Positions 1-12,718 of a stretch of 64,000 bases of DNA are shown piece after piece. Source of the DNA: Phaeosaccion multiseriatum (Eukaryota; Protista; Ochrophyta, other classes); the NCBI GenBank assembly GCA_965112735.1, contig OZ218965.1, positions 1,116,001 to 1,180,000 of the forward strand. Reading direction: 5' to 3'. A model generated the notes under the pieces. That model searched no databases, was not told where the DNA came from, and worked only from the letters and a program-made list of their open reading frames with translations. Position 1 is the stretch's first letter. Each line of letters starts with the position of its first letter. The translations under genes and the position numbers were made by a program.

Positions 1-1919
1 CGTTGATGAGTGAGGTGGAGTCGACTTCGTCGAAGAAGATGAGCAGTTTGACGTTCATGTGCTCCACGTTGCACGGCACCTGTGCCGTGATGGTGGTCTT
101 GAGGGGCTGGCCGGGGAAGTGCGCCAGGAGGCGAATCGACTCTACGCCGTTGGCCAGCTCGGTGCGCATGCTGATGAACTCCATGTAAGGATGGTTCACA
201 ATATCCCCCTGCAGGTTCAAGTCGATCTGCCAGCGGCAGTCCGGCAGCTTGGTAGCTCTGATGTAGTTCATCCACTCTGAGGTCGGACCGAGTCGAGGGC
301 GGGGGGAGGGACGAGAGTGGATCAGAGGACAAGAGGCTCTCGAGTCAGCAGCGTCGATGGGAGTATAATTGCGCTTTTCGCCATGGGTACTACACGGTCC
401 GACCTCACGCTGCCTACCCAAAGCGGCCTCACTCACTCACTCACTCAGTCAGTCAGTCAGTCAGTCACTTACTCACTCACTTATTCACTCACTCACTCAC
501 TCCCTCACTCACTTCCTCACTCACTCACTCACTCACTCACTCACTCACTCACTCACTCACTCACTCACTCAGTCAGTCAGTCAGTCAGTCAGTCAGTCAG
601 TCAGTCAGTCAGTCACTCACTCACTCACTCACTTAGACCTCACTCACTCACTCACTCACTCACTCACTCACTCACTCACTCACTCACTCCCTCACTTCCT
701 CACCAGCGGGTCCTGTGCCGGCAGTGGTGCCATAGACGCCCCCCGGGGCACACAAGGAATTATCCTGAGCTCCGGCAAAGTGGAATGAGTCCGGCATGCT
801 GCGAGGGGCCGTGCCATTGGCCACTGCCTCATGCTCGGCCGCTCCCTCCGAGAAGCCGTAGTGCGGCATCGTCACAGGCTACTCGCGAAGAGATCGAATG
901 CACACGCACGCACACACAGTAACCACGGCGAGGAGCAGCGCGACATTAAGTGTCAGTCCGGCAGAGAGAGTACGTGTTGCCCCACAGGCTGCATACCCCC
1001 CTCCTGTAAGGCCAAAGGGCTGACTCACCGAAGTGTACCCCGTCGGGCAGCCTGCGCCCTCGAAGCGGGCCCTCCAACGGATATCGGCCGTGTCTCCGAT
1101 CTCTCCGGGATTGGTTCTTCCGTCGAAGGTGAGCGGCACGCTGGGGAGGCTGGCGTCTCTGATTCCGTAGTCCGCCATCCAGGAGTAGAGAGGCATCCAC
1201 GTGCCTCCATCGAAGCGCTCGAAGAAGACGCTATCAATGTAGGGGTTCCTCTGCCACAGATCGGAGTCCGCCATCTGTAGCCTTGTGTACCACCGAGGCA
1301 CTGCATGAGTGCACCGCAGAAAGGAGGGGATCGGGGGGAGAGACGCGTCATGCTTCGAGGCGATGCAATATGGATACAAGAGCGTCAAGGCAACCCTTGC
1401 CCAAACCTCAGCGCTCCACGCGGTGCTACTAGTGGAGGCGCTGAGTGTAGGAAGATGGCATGCAGCAGAACACTTCTCTCAGTCGCCGCACTTACATCCG
1501 GGGGGGGGTCCGTCGAAGTAGTCCTGAGCAAAAGAGGAGACGCAAGGCAAGGAGGGTGAGACGAGAGGGCTGCGGCGCCTTCATTATCCTTCAGTAGTGG
1601 AGCGTGCTTCCCCCCGATCCCACCATGCCCCCGCTGTCTTTCTTTTGACAGTCTTCTTGTCACACCGGCCGGTGGGGCTGCTGCCGCGTTCGTGGATGTC
1701 TGCGTGCAAGACAAAGGAGCGTACCTTCGTGGTGAGGGTCCAGGCCAAGGCGTCGTCTCGCGCTTCCCCTCCGAAGTAGTACTGGCCCCCTGGTTGGCAC
1801 TCGGCCTGCCCTACAGCATGGCGAGGGAGGCCAAGCCCTGCCAAGATGAGGGGCACAAGCAGCATCAGTGGCACTCGCTTCTTCCCCCCGCCAAACCCTT
1901 GGCCTTGCTGGCCCAGCAT
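1..1919 (-). CDS. Secreted protein, inverted paralog of the 6609-11359 gene (5' part only; runs off the window edge)
   Basis: ATG at 1919 (MLGQQGQG...LMLLVPLILAGLGLPRHAVGQAECQPGGQYYFGG). Exons DYFDGPPPG, LPRWYTRLQMADSDLWQ..., PVTMPHYGFSEG... and EWMNYIRATKLPDCRWQ... match the + copy, with GT-AG junctions at the same positions. Confidence 0.85.
428..690. repeat. (TCAC/TCAG)n intronic microsatellite
   Basis: Directly visible; homologous to the (GAGT)n tract at 7905-8468. Confidence 0.95.
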
Positions 1920-2969
1920 TTTTATCACAAAGATGAAGAAGAGCCCTAAAGGATAGGTACTCGTAGACGTGTTTGTGACGGCCCAGGACCGCTCAAAGAA
2001 GTACTATTTAACGCCGTAGTTCCGCTCTTAAATAATATTATTTTTGACATCTCAATTTTAAAAAATATAACGCCAAATTCCGTGGTTGTCCGCTGCCATC
2101 AGTGTCTCCCTTTAGTGAACAGCCGGAATGGAAAGGCCCAATCGAGGGCCTGACCCACTCTGACTGACGTATACACAAAGGTGGCCGACTCATGGCACCT
2201 GTCGGTTTCATTTTGTTACAGCTATGAGTAAGTAACTTCAAGCGACCCTGGGTGAATGCGCGTCCTTTCCCTCACGTGTCCACGCGCCGCTCTAGTCTCT
2301 CTCTGTCTAAGCCGGGCATCACTTCGCTTTCTCCTCTCACTCCTGCGGAATCGCTTCGGCAGCTGGACCTCGTCCCCCACACGGAGCGCCTTCCTCTTCT
2401 TTGTTGCTGCGCGGGGGCGGCTGGGCTGCTCCTCCCTTTGCCCTCCCTCCTGTCCACGAGAAGTAGCAGCAGGGCGAGAGGCGGTGCGCGGGTTCCCTCG
2501 CTCCTCGCTTCTTGCGCTTCCCTCCCGTGGACGCCTCCTCCTCCTCGCGGCCATCGCGAGGTAAGGGAAACAAATGAAGTGTCAGAGGCCTCCGCGGTGA
2601 TCCGCCTCCCCCTCGAGATACCTGCTCACCATTCAATGAAGACGTCACGCGAGTGAGATACGCTGAGAGGGCACAGGCATGTCGCCATTGGCGACGAAGC
2701 GAGGATGCGCTTTGAAGAGGAGAGGGCGCTACAGTTGTAAAGGGCTCACAGATCGCTCATATACGCCTTGTCTTGTTTGGGTCTGGGCCACTCAATTTCC
2801 AACTTCTTTTCTCATCGATCAGTCCCCCGAAAGAAAAATCGTAGGGTAAGGAGGAGCGCGCTCCTCTGAAAGAGCCACTGGGAAGGAGCGAAGAAGAGGA
2901 GGAGGGAGAGGGTGGAGGAGAGGAGAAAGGCTAGCCGGGAAAAACTAAGAAGAAAAGAAACAAAATATC

Positions 2970-4207
2970 ATGAGCACCGTGCCGAAGGGGCTCAGCCGCG
3001 CCAAGGCTGCGGCACTCTGCACGCTGGTATGCCAGAACAGCGCCCTCGCCCTCACCATGCGCTACACTCGTACTTCTGCGGCAGGTACAGTAGCTTTGTG
3101 GAGGACTGCTTGTGTAGTACGGCATACAACTTATCGCGGCTCCTCCTTCTCGGACTTTGCTTCTTCCCTTGTGCGTGGTCCTTTTACAGCGGGGGCTACG
3201 TCCATGTACATTCCCACCACGGCGGTCATCATGGCTGAGACTGCCAAAATGATTGTCTCCCTCCTCGTGCAGCTGTCGGTGAGGGAGGGTGGAAGATATG
3301 TTGGAGTGACCTCTCAATGCCCACAGTGTTCACGGTGTCCTGACAGAACTTTACTTCGGCGTCGTCGCTCTTATACTCTAATGCTACTGCTGCTGCTGCT
3401 GCTACTGCTGCTACTGCGTCACAGATTGACGGAAGTTTGGACGGTCTCGCCCGAACACTGTTCCAGGAAACTGTGGTAAGCCTTGTCCCACGGGCACTTG
3501 CAGTGGACACGGCGACAGACAATCAATCGCCCCCTTGTCCCCTTCCTGAACCAACTTCCCCACATCCCGTCCGTGACTCCCCAACCCCTCATCCCCCTTC
3601 GATCCTGCATCGATGGTGCTTAGGTGCGGCGAAGAGAGTTCTTCCGAATGGCCGTGCCGGCCCTGCTGTACACGCTGCAGAACAACTTGTCGTATGTGGC
3701 TGTCTCTAACTTAGATGGGCCCACTTATCAGGCAAGTGCATCGACTCAGCTTATCCAGCAGCACAGGCGACATCTGGTGGAAGGGAAGCTTACGAACTTC
3801 TCTCTTCCTCTCTGTCTGTCTTTCTCTACCTCTCTTGTCTCTCTGTCTCTCCCTCTCTCTCCCTCATCGGCGTAAGCAGATCCTTTGCCAGAGCAAAATC
3901 TTAATCACCGCCCTGCTATCCAAGGTGATACTCTCTCGGCTCATCTCCGGCCGCCAGTGGCAATCGCTCATCACGCTCACCGTGGGGGTGGCCATGGTGC
4001 AGCTGGACGCCACAAAGTAAGCTCACTTTCGCACGCGAAGGAAGGAAGGAAGGAAGGAAGGCAGACAGGCAGGCAGGCAGGCTTCTTGAAAATGGGTATG
4101 CAAGAAAAAGTACCGCGAGTGCTCCACAGGCGAGGCAGCTTCAGTTGAAGCGGACCAAAAACCGATAAAACCTTGGCCTGCCCTGATGTACAGAAGTGCG
4201 TGTGTGT

Positions 4208-4247
<40 letters not shown>

Positions 4248-5932
4248 CTCACCTCGTCCCTCGCCCTGCACGCTTGTGTCCGCTTGCCCCCCCCCCCTCC
4301 CCCCCCTTCCAACCTGCATCACAACGCTACGTGCGCACTGTGCTTACTACAGAGGTGCTGAGACGGGGGAGAACAGCATGATCGGCTTTGGCAGCGCCAT
4401 CTTGCTCTGCTTCTTCTCTGGTCTCGCAGGGGTGTACTTCGAGTTGGTGCTCAAGGGTGAGTAGCTTGTGCTATGGAACTGTGGTAGGCGTAGGCGACCA
4501 AGTGCATGTGTGTACTTCCAGAGGGGTGGGGCAGCGGGGCAGGTCCGTCGCGTACTCTTGTGACCACCGTCTTTGGCGTAGCTAACCGCCTGACCGCTCC
4601 CTGACTCCACGCAAGCCCCTTCAAGGTGTTCCCCAAATGGCGAAGAACAGATTCCAACATGTATAGTGTGGCTTTGTGTGCCCTTCTTGCATTTACCCAC
4701 CGATGCACCCACTTCCCTCTGCCCTGCCCTTCTCTGCCCTGCTGGTGGCCAGGCACGAGTACTTCCCTGTGGGTGCGCAACGTGCAGCTGGCACTCTACG
4801 GCATACTCATCGGCGGGGCTGGGTGCTGGGCCAAGGATAGAGCAGCAGTAACGGCCCTCGGCTTCTTCCATGGGTACAGGTGTGTGGTGGCGCTCACACA
4901 ATAAGAAACGCACACGCTTTTCGACCACATCGGGTTCACAAGCCTCTCTTAGCTGTGTTCTGTGTGTCTCTCTCTCATGCACGACTGAGTCGCGTTTCCC
5001 CACCTCCTTTCTCCGCCCCTTGCCTGCTGCTGCATCGCCACCTGCTGCTGTACCACCAACTGCCCCACCGACGCAGCCCCATCGTGTGGTTCTGCATCTG
5101 CCTGCACTCTCTGGGCGGGATCGCAGTGGCGGTGGTGGTCAAGTACGCCGACAACATCACCAAGTGCTTCGCCACCAGCATCTCCATCATCGTCAGCATC
5201 GTGCTCTCCGCCGCCCTCTTTGGCACCTCCGTTCACATGTAAGAGACGGACGGCACTCTACGGCACCTTGCCTTCGGTGTCCTTTCCCCCCTTGTATTGC
5301 GTACCGCCCACCTTCACACCTCCGTTGCCCTCTTTTTGACGTTATTTAGCTTGGTTGCTTCGGTAGAAAGCAAAGGCGAAAGCCCAAACGCCCGCAATGG
5401 GCTGTCTTGCCCCGCGCCACTCCCACTCGACGCTGACTGCTGCTCGCCTGCCTGATCCCCCCATCTTCTCAAACGCCCCTGGCTCTGACGTCTGCCCTTC
5501 CGCCCCTTTTCTCTCTTCTTCCCCCTCCTTCTCCTCCTCCTCCTTCTCCTCCTCCTCCTCCTCTTGCTCCTCCTCCTCCTCCTCTCTTCCTCCTCCGCCT
5601 CCTCCTCCTCCTCCTCCTCCTCCTCCTCCTCCTCCTCCTCCTCCTCCTCCTCCTCCTCCTCCCCCTCCCCCTCCTCCTCCTCCTCCTCCTCCTCCTCCTC
5701 CTCCTCCTCCTCCTCCTCCTCCTTCTCCTTCTCCTTCTCCTCCTCCTCCTCCTCCCGTTCCCCCTACCGCAGGCAATTCATGCTGGGGGCGGGCCTGGTC
5801 CTCGTTGCAACGTACTTGTACAACACGAAGGCAGACATTGCGAAGGCCCAACTTCCGGGGAGCCCAAGGACGCCAAGGAGCACAGCCGAGCTCGCCTTAG
5901 CGCCTCTCATCGACCCAGGACAGAAGCAGTAG
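2970..5932 (+). CDS. Nucleotide-sugar transporter, SLC35A family (UDP-Gal/UDP-GlcNAc type), multi-exon
   Basis: Family motifs in spliced exons: QNSALALTMRYTRT, TTAVIMAETAK, MAVPALLYTLQNNLSYVAVSNLDGPTYQ, QSKILITA, SGLAGVYFELVLKG, SLWVRNVQL, GGIAVAVVVKYADNITKCFATSISII, FMLGAGLVLVATYLY; stop at 5930-5932. Confidence 0.92.
5521..5755. repeat. (CCT)n tract in the last intron of the transporter
   Basis: Directly visible. Confidence 0.95.
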
Positions 5933-6608
5933 TGCTCGAACGCCCCGCTGCTGCTCTCCCACGAGCGAGACCTTGAGGCCTGCGTACGCACGCACACGCG
6001 CACCGTAAGGGACTATCAGGCTACTTGTGGGAGGGGTAGGTGAGATACCGAGTCTCAGCTATGCACACACCGCACTCCCACAACCACAGAGGCAGCAGCG
6101 TTGTGTTGACTGGGATGGCTTGGGGAGGGTGCAAACTTGGGGCTGTAGGCTCACGTCGTGGGCGCCACTGATTGTGTAGACAACCGTCACGGACGGACTC
6201 GGTTGGTTCGTGCAGCCCCCCCCCCCCCCGCCCCCTCTGATTGGCGTCCTTCAGTCTCCAGCTACTCGGAAAGAGAGCTTGTAATTGACCCATCGACCCT
6301 GGACAATATTATCTGATTACTGATTACAGCCGGCGCCAGCCGGCCTGATTGCTGATTATGATTAGGCTTGATTTTGCCGAGGGAGACCCAGGATCATGCA
6401 AGGCGTGCCTCAGATGTCAACGAAACGGATTCCAACATGTACACCTTCTTTTTGGGACTTTCACAGTTTCAAGTTTCAACGAAAGATTTCCAGCGAGAGG
6501 ATCGCGAGAAGAATGAAGTCTCCCCCGTAGAATGAAGCGACTACAGACAATTTCTAAAGTCGCGCACTCATCCACTCAAGGTCAAATCATTTCTTGTTGA
6601 GCATTAGA

Positions 6609-9600
6609 ATGCTGAGCCAGCAAGGCCAAGGGCGTGGACCTCTGCTTCTGCCCCTCATTTTGGCAGGGCTTTGCCTCCCTCGCCATGTTGTAGGGCAGGC
6701 CGAGTGCCAACCAGGGGGCCAGTACTACTTCGGAGGGGAAGCGCGAGACGATGCCTTGGCCTGGACCCTCACCACGAAGGTACGCTCCTTTGTCTTGCAC
6801 CCGGCCAGATATCCACAAACGCGGCATCAGCCCCACCGGCCGGTGTCACAAGAACGCTACCAAAGAATGAAATAGGGAGGGAAGTGGTGGGGTCGGGGGG
6901 AAGTATACCCCCGGAGGCCTCCTGCGTCTTCCTCCGGGATTCCCTTCCTCCCCTCCTTCTCTTCTCCTCCCGAGGTCGATACTGTAGGGCTGTGTGCCAG
7001 GCCGACAGCGGCCAATGAAGTGACTTCCCTCTCCTTCCTTACCTTACCTTGCCTTCTTCGATCTGCTCAGGATTACTACGACGGACCTCCCCCCGGATGT
7101 AAGTGCAGCGGCTCGGCGAAGGAGTAGCAATGGAGGCAAAAGTAGACTCGCACTAGATCTCGCAGAGAGCCTAGAACCGTGTGGGTTAGATAAATTAAAT
7201 GCTTCTTGTTGACATCTTCGCATATTCAGCGAAACGAAGGGGGCCTTATACCGTCATCCTCCCACCCGAAACCCCCTTGCCTGCTGCACTCATGCAGTTC
7301 CTCGTTGGTACACAAGGCTACAGATGGCGGACTCCGATCTGTGGCAGAGGAACCCCTACATTGATAGCGTCTTCTTCGAGCGCTTCGACGGAGGCACGTG
7401 GATGCCTCTCTACTCCTGGATGGCGGACTACGGAATCAGAGACGCCAGCCTCCCCAGCGTGCCGCTCACCTTCGACGGAAGAACCAACCCCGGAGAGATC
7501 GGAGACACGGCCGATATCCGTTGGAGGGCCCGCTTCGAGGGCGCAGGCTGCCCGACGGGGTACACTTCGGTGAGTCAACACTATGGCCTCACAGGAGGGG
7601 GGTATGCAGCCAGTGGGGCAACACGTACTCTCTCTGCCGGACTGACACTTAAATGTCGCGCTGCTCGTCGCCGTGGTTTACTGTGTGTGCGTGCGTGTGC
7701 ATTCGATCTCTCGCGAGCAGCCTGTGACGATGCCGCACTACGGCTTCTCGGAGGGAGCGGCCGAGCATGAGGCGGTTGCCAATGGCGCGGCCCCTCGCAG
7801 CATGCCGGACTCATTCCACTTTGCCGGAGCTCAGGACAATTCCTTGTGTGCCCCGGGGGCCGTCTATGGCACGACTGCCGGCACAGGACCCGCTGGTGAG
7901 GGAGTGAGGGAGGGAGGGAGTGCGTGAGTGCGTGAGTGAGTGAGTGAGTGAGTGAGTGGGTGAGTGAGTGGGTGAGTGAGTGAGTGAGTGAGTGAGTGAG
8001 TGAGTGAGTGAGAGTGAGTGAGCGAATGAGGGAGTGAATGAGTGAGTGAGTGACCTGGGTGCGTGAGTGAGCGAGTGAGTGAGTGAGTGGGTGAGTGAGT
8101 GAGTGGGTGAGTGAGTGAGTGGGTGAGTGAGTGAGTGGATGAGTGAGTGAGTGAGTGAGTGAGTGAGCGAGTAAGGGAGTGAATGAGTGAGTGATTGAGC
8201 TGAGTGCGTGAGTGAGCGAGTGAGTGGTTGAGTGGGTGAGTGAGTGAGTGGGTGAGTGAGTGAGTGAGTGGATGAGTGAGTGAGTGAGTGAGTGAGTGAG
8301 TGAGTGAGCGAATGAGTGAGTGAATGAGTGAGTGATTGAGCTGAGTGCGTGAGTGCGTGAGTGAGTGAGTGACTGCGTGTGTGAGTGAGTGAGTGAGTGA
8401 GTGAGTGAGAGAGTGAGTGAGTGAGTGAGTGAGTGAGTGAGTGAGTGAGTGAGTGAGTGAGTGAGTGAGGACACTTGGGTACGCTAACCAGTCCGAGGCC
8501 ACGTAGTGCCCAGCCGGAGTATTTTCTGCCCCTCTGAAACGAGGTGTGTGGACACGCGCTCAGCAATCTACTGACTCCACCCTCTTCTGCTCACCGCCCT
8601 CCACCCCGTCTCGGTCCGACCTCAGAGTGGATGAACTACATCAGAGCCACCAAGCTGCCGGACTGCCGCTGGCAGATCGACTTGAACCTGCAGGGGGATA
8701 TTGTGAACCATCCTTACATGGAGTTTATCAGCATGCGCACCGAGCTGGCCAACGGCGTAGAGTCGATTCGCCTCCTGGCGCACTTCCCCGGCCAGCCCCT
8801 CAAGACCACCATCACGGCACAGGTGCCGTGCAACGTGGAGCACATGAACGTGCGCTTTTTCATCTTCTTTGACGAAGTCGACTCCACCTCACTCATCAAC
8901 GCCGGGAACAGCTGCGCGCAAGGCCTTCCGTCTGGCCTTGAGAACTTCTGTCTCCGCGATGGTGTGCAGTACTCGGGGGCAGGCTTCCTCGGCGCTGCTA
9001 CGGCAGAGTGCGCCAACGGGATTGGCTCAAACGTTGCGCCGTACACGGGAGGTGGGCTGCCTCCTACTCCTTCCGGCCCCACACCCGTACCTCAGCCCAC
9101 TGCCGCATCGACGCCTCAGCCCACCGCCGCATCCACGCCTCAGCCCACTGCTACTGCTCCCACTTCTTCCACTCTCACGACGGCCACCCCTACCCCGGTG
9201 GCGTCGGGCGTTTACCAAGACGCGTGCGTGTGCGATGGTATGCTCACGGCCGTCCTAAAGCAGCAGGTGAGATGCGGCCACTCTGACACCAGCTGGAGCA
9301 CGAAAGGAACGATCATTGTACACACAGCCAATCTCGTCTGTGCACAAAGGGGTTAGCAGGAGCGAGCACCAACCACCTGCACTTCCAACTTACGTAGCTA
9401 CTTACGTATCCCACCTCCCTCCCCCTCCCCCTGAATCGCTCCCTTCCCTCCTCAGTGCTACCAAGACGCTTCTTGCTCCGGCGGCGGCCTTGGTTGTTTC
9501 AGTGACGTCAACGGAGAGGTCTGCCGCTTCTGTGGAATGGTCCCCTTCGCGGACTGCCCTGGGTCCGCCGCTTCCGGGCCCACAGCTGTTCCGCCCACCG

Positions 9601-11117
9601 ATCAACCCACCCCCCCGGATGAGCTAGGTGCAGCTCCTACAGCGCCATCCACACCCTCACCTCAGCCGTCTACCGTGACGAGCCCTCCTATCACTCCCTC
9701 GGGAGGGGGTGCCCCTCCGTCGGGCGTTTACCAGGACGCGTGCGTATGCGATGGTATGCTCACGGCCGTCCTAAAGCAGCAGGTGAGAGAGGAGAAGAAG
9801 CGCGCAACCCTCCCTGCTGGCCTGATGTGCGGGAGTGAAGCAACGAAGCTCTGGAGCGAGCGAGCACCAACCACTGGCACTTCCACTTACGTATCTACTT
9901 ACGTATCCCACCTCCCTCCCTTTCCCTCCTCAGTGCTACCAAGACGCTTCTTGCTCCGGCGGCGGCCTCGGATGTTTCGGTGACAGTAACGGAGAAGCCT
10001 GCCGCTTCTGCGGCGCGGCCCCCTTCCCGGACTGCCCTGGATCTGCCAGTTCCGGACCGACGCCCACACCTCAGCCTTCTACCGTTACGAGCACTCCTGT
10101 GAGCACTGGTACTACTCCCCCCCCTTCAACTGTCACGACGACCACCCCTACCCCTGCGGTTTCGGGCATTTACCAAGACGCGTGCGTGTGCGATGGCATG
10201 ATCACAGCCGTCCTAAAGCAGCAGGTGAGATGTGGGTCCGTGGCGATCTCCCTTAGTGCACTTGTGACTCATGTATTCGAACTTCCTCTCCGCTCCAAAT
10301 GGCGACGCCTGCTCCTCAGTGCTACCAAGAGTCTAGCTGCTCCGGTGGTGGCGTCGGCTGCTTCACGGACAGCAACGGAGAGAACTGCCGCTTCTGCGGT
10401 GCAGTGCCTTTCCCCGACTGCCCTGGGTCTACCACGCCCACTGCACCCACACCCACACCTCAGCCCGCTACCACAACGACCACTCCTACTGCCACAGCAG
10501 CTCCAATTACCCCAACATTGCCGTCTCCGGCTTCGTCCTGTACGTGTTTTGGTGTTCGGCCAGACGGCGTAGCGGAGCAGGTGTGTGTGTGTGTATACGT
10601 GGATGCATCCGGACCTTTGTGCGTGAGGGAGGGTGGGAGGGTGGGAGGGAGGTACGAAGTGAGAGGGGGACAGGAAGGAGTGAGTAAGTGAGTGAGTGGG
10701 TGAGTGAGTGAGTGGGTGAGTGAGTGAGTGAGTGAGTGAGTGAGTGAGTGAGTGAGTGAGTGAGTGAGTGAGTGAGTGAGTGAGTGAGCGAGTGAGTGAG
10801 TGAGTGAGTACGTGAGTGAGTGAGTGAGTGAGTGAGTGAGTGAGCGAGTGAGTGAGTGAGTGAGTACGTGAGTGAGTGAGCGAGTGAGCGAGCGAGTGAG
10901 TGAGTCAGCTAGTCAATGAGTAAGTGAGTGAGTGAGTGAGTGAGTGAGTGAGTGAGTGAGTGAATGAGTGAGTGAATGAGTGAGTGAGTGAGTGATTCAG
11001 TGATTCAGTGATTCAGCGATTCAGTCAGTCAGTCAGTCAGTCAGTCACAGTCAGTCAGTCAGTCAGTCCGTCGGTCAGTCACTCAGTCAGTGAGTCAGTG
11101 AGTCAGTGATTCAATCA

Positions 11118-11159
<42 letters not shown>

Positions 11160-11359
11160 GCAGACTCCTGTCAAAAACGCTGGCTTGCCTCTGATGCCCA
11201 TCTTTTCGCCCTCTGCCTGCTTACCCACAGTGTTTCGAGGACCCGTCCTGCGGTGTCGAAGGGGGTCTCGGTTGCTTCAACGCTGACGGTGTTTACTGCC
11301 GCTTCTGTGGTTTCCTTGAGTATGAGCAGTGCCCTTCCTCCGGTGGCTCTGATCTATAA
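6609..11359 (+). CDS. Secreted protein: unrecognised N-terminal domain, P/T/S linkers and four 8-Cys CxC...CxxDxxC..GGxGC...CRFCG..CP modules
   Basis: Exons 6609-6779, 7071-7098, 7298-7569, 7721-7895, 8626-9266, 9456-9782, 9934-10224, 10320-10580 and 11231-11359 join in frame with GT-AG junctions; N-terminal hydrophobic signal; stop TAA at 11357-11359. Confidence 0.85.
7905..8468. repeat. (GAGT)n intronic microsatellite
   Basis: Directly visible. Confidence 0.95.
10680..11160. repeat. (GAGT)n/(CAGT)n compound intronic microsatellite
   Basis: Directly visible. Confidence 0.95.
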
Positions 11360-12042
11360 GCCGTCGCCATTTGGTTCATTCAGCCACACAATTTTGAAGT
11401 ATTGTATTGTAGTCACCAGAAGGTATAAAAAGTGAAGATTGTGAAAATTAAAGGACTGCTTTGAGTGTCACTCAGGGCATCGACATGACCGCCGAAAGAA
11501 GGCACCACAGAACACAGGTGTTGCCCTTGAAGGTCATCACCCCCTTTCACCCATTTGGAAAGATTTGTCGAGGACGTGTCTACTTCCTCCTCTCACTTCT
11601 CCTCTCTCCGCCCCCTGCTCGCATGTGAATGTCTAGTTCTCGTATGACGTTATACACATGGATGCATTATCCCCCCCTTCACCCTGTGCGCATCAACAGC
11701 TGAGGCCGACATGAGGCGCGAATCCCACGTCCCCTCTCAAGAAGGCGTCAGTCACCCCCATGTATATCCCTATATATCATACGAGGGATACATACATATA
11801 TATATATATATAGTGATACAAATATATCACTACATATATATCGCCCCCCCTCGCATACGGCTCGCATGAGGGGGCTTTGCTGACTAGTCCACAAAGCTCC
11901 TCCCACCCCTCCAATCCGGAACGATCAGGCCAATGGGAGAGCGTGGTCAGGTCAGGTCAGGTCAGGTCAATGGGAGAGCGTGGTAGGTCAGGTCAGGTCA
12001 GGTCAATTGGAGAGCGTGGTCAGGTCAGGTCAGGTCAGGTCA

Positions 12043-12355
12043 GTCACTTCAGAGGTGTGGGGGTGCTGCTCTCCCCTCTTCCTTCCGTCTCCTACGCTCC
12101 TCGTTCCACACGGAAATGTCAGGGAAGAGGTCACGTCTCTGCTGTTCTCCGCTCTTCCCTCTGTCTCCTCAGCTCATTTTCCCATCCGGAATGGTCAGGT
12201 CAATTGGAGAGCGGTCAGGTCAGGTCACTTCAGAGGTGTTGGGTGCTGCTCTCCCCTCTTCCTTCCGTCTCCTACGCTCCTCGTCCCACACGGAAAGGTC
12301 AGGTAAGAGGTCACGTCTCTGCTGCCCTCCGCTCTTCCCTCTGTCTCCTCAGCTC
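12043..12355. repeat. Tandem duplication (~180 bp period) of the HDDC2 C-terminal codons, stop and 3' flank; GGTCA repeats lie just upstream (11945-12045)
   Basis: gtcacttcagaggtgt...gaggtcacgtctctgctg...ctcctcagctc occurs at ~12043-12175 and ~12224-12355. Confidence 0.9.
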
Positions 12356-12671
12356 CTTGTCCCATCGCGTCACCTCTGGACTCTTAAAGTAACCCGCGGT
12401 GCTTGAGAAAAAGTCGGACAGGTCCAGCTCCGGTTGCGCTTTCTCGTACTCGTCGGCCTGAACAATCATCTCGAATTTGTCGAAGTCTTTCACCACCCTC
12501 GCCTCCTTGCTCGTACCCTGCTCGTACTCCTGCCACAGCGTAGTGATCTCTCTCTCTACCTCCGGGCATTTGAGCTCTTTCACAATCTTTTCCAGCGAGC
12601 TGGCCTCCAGCTGGACAGTAAGAGAGGGAAACCCGTGGGGGAGGGGGAGGGGGAGGGGGAAGAGAGAAAAG

Positions 12672-12718
<47 letters not shown>

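Noticed and set aside
2222-2656. Overlapping GC-rich ORFs between the divergent genes
   Set aside because: No recognisable motifs; probably promoter or UTR
11755-11875. Short hairpins in an AT-rich patch (tagtgata/tatcacta)
   Set aside because: Short, imperfect and TA-repeat driven; no TIR/TSD or RNA-gene evidence
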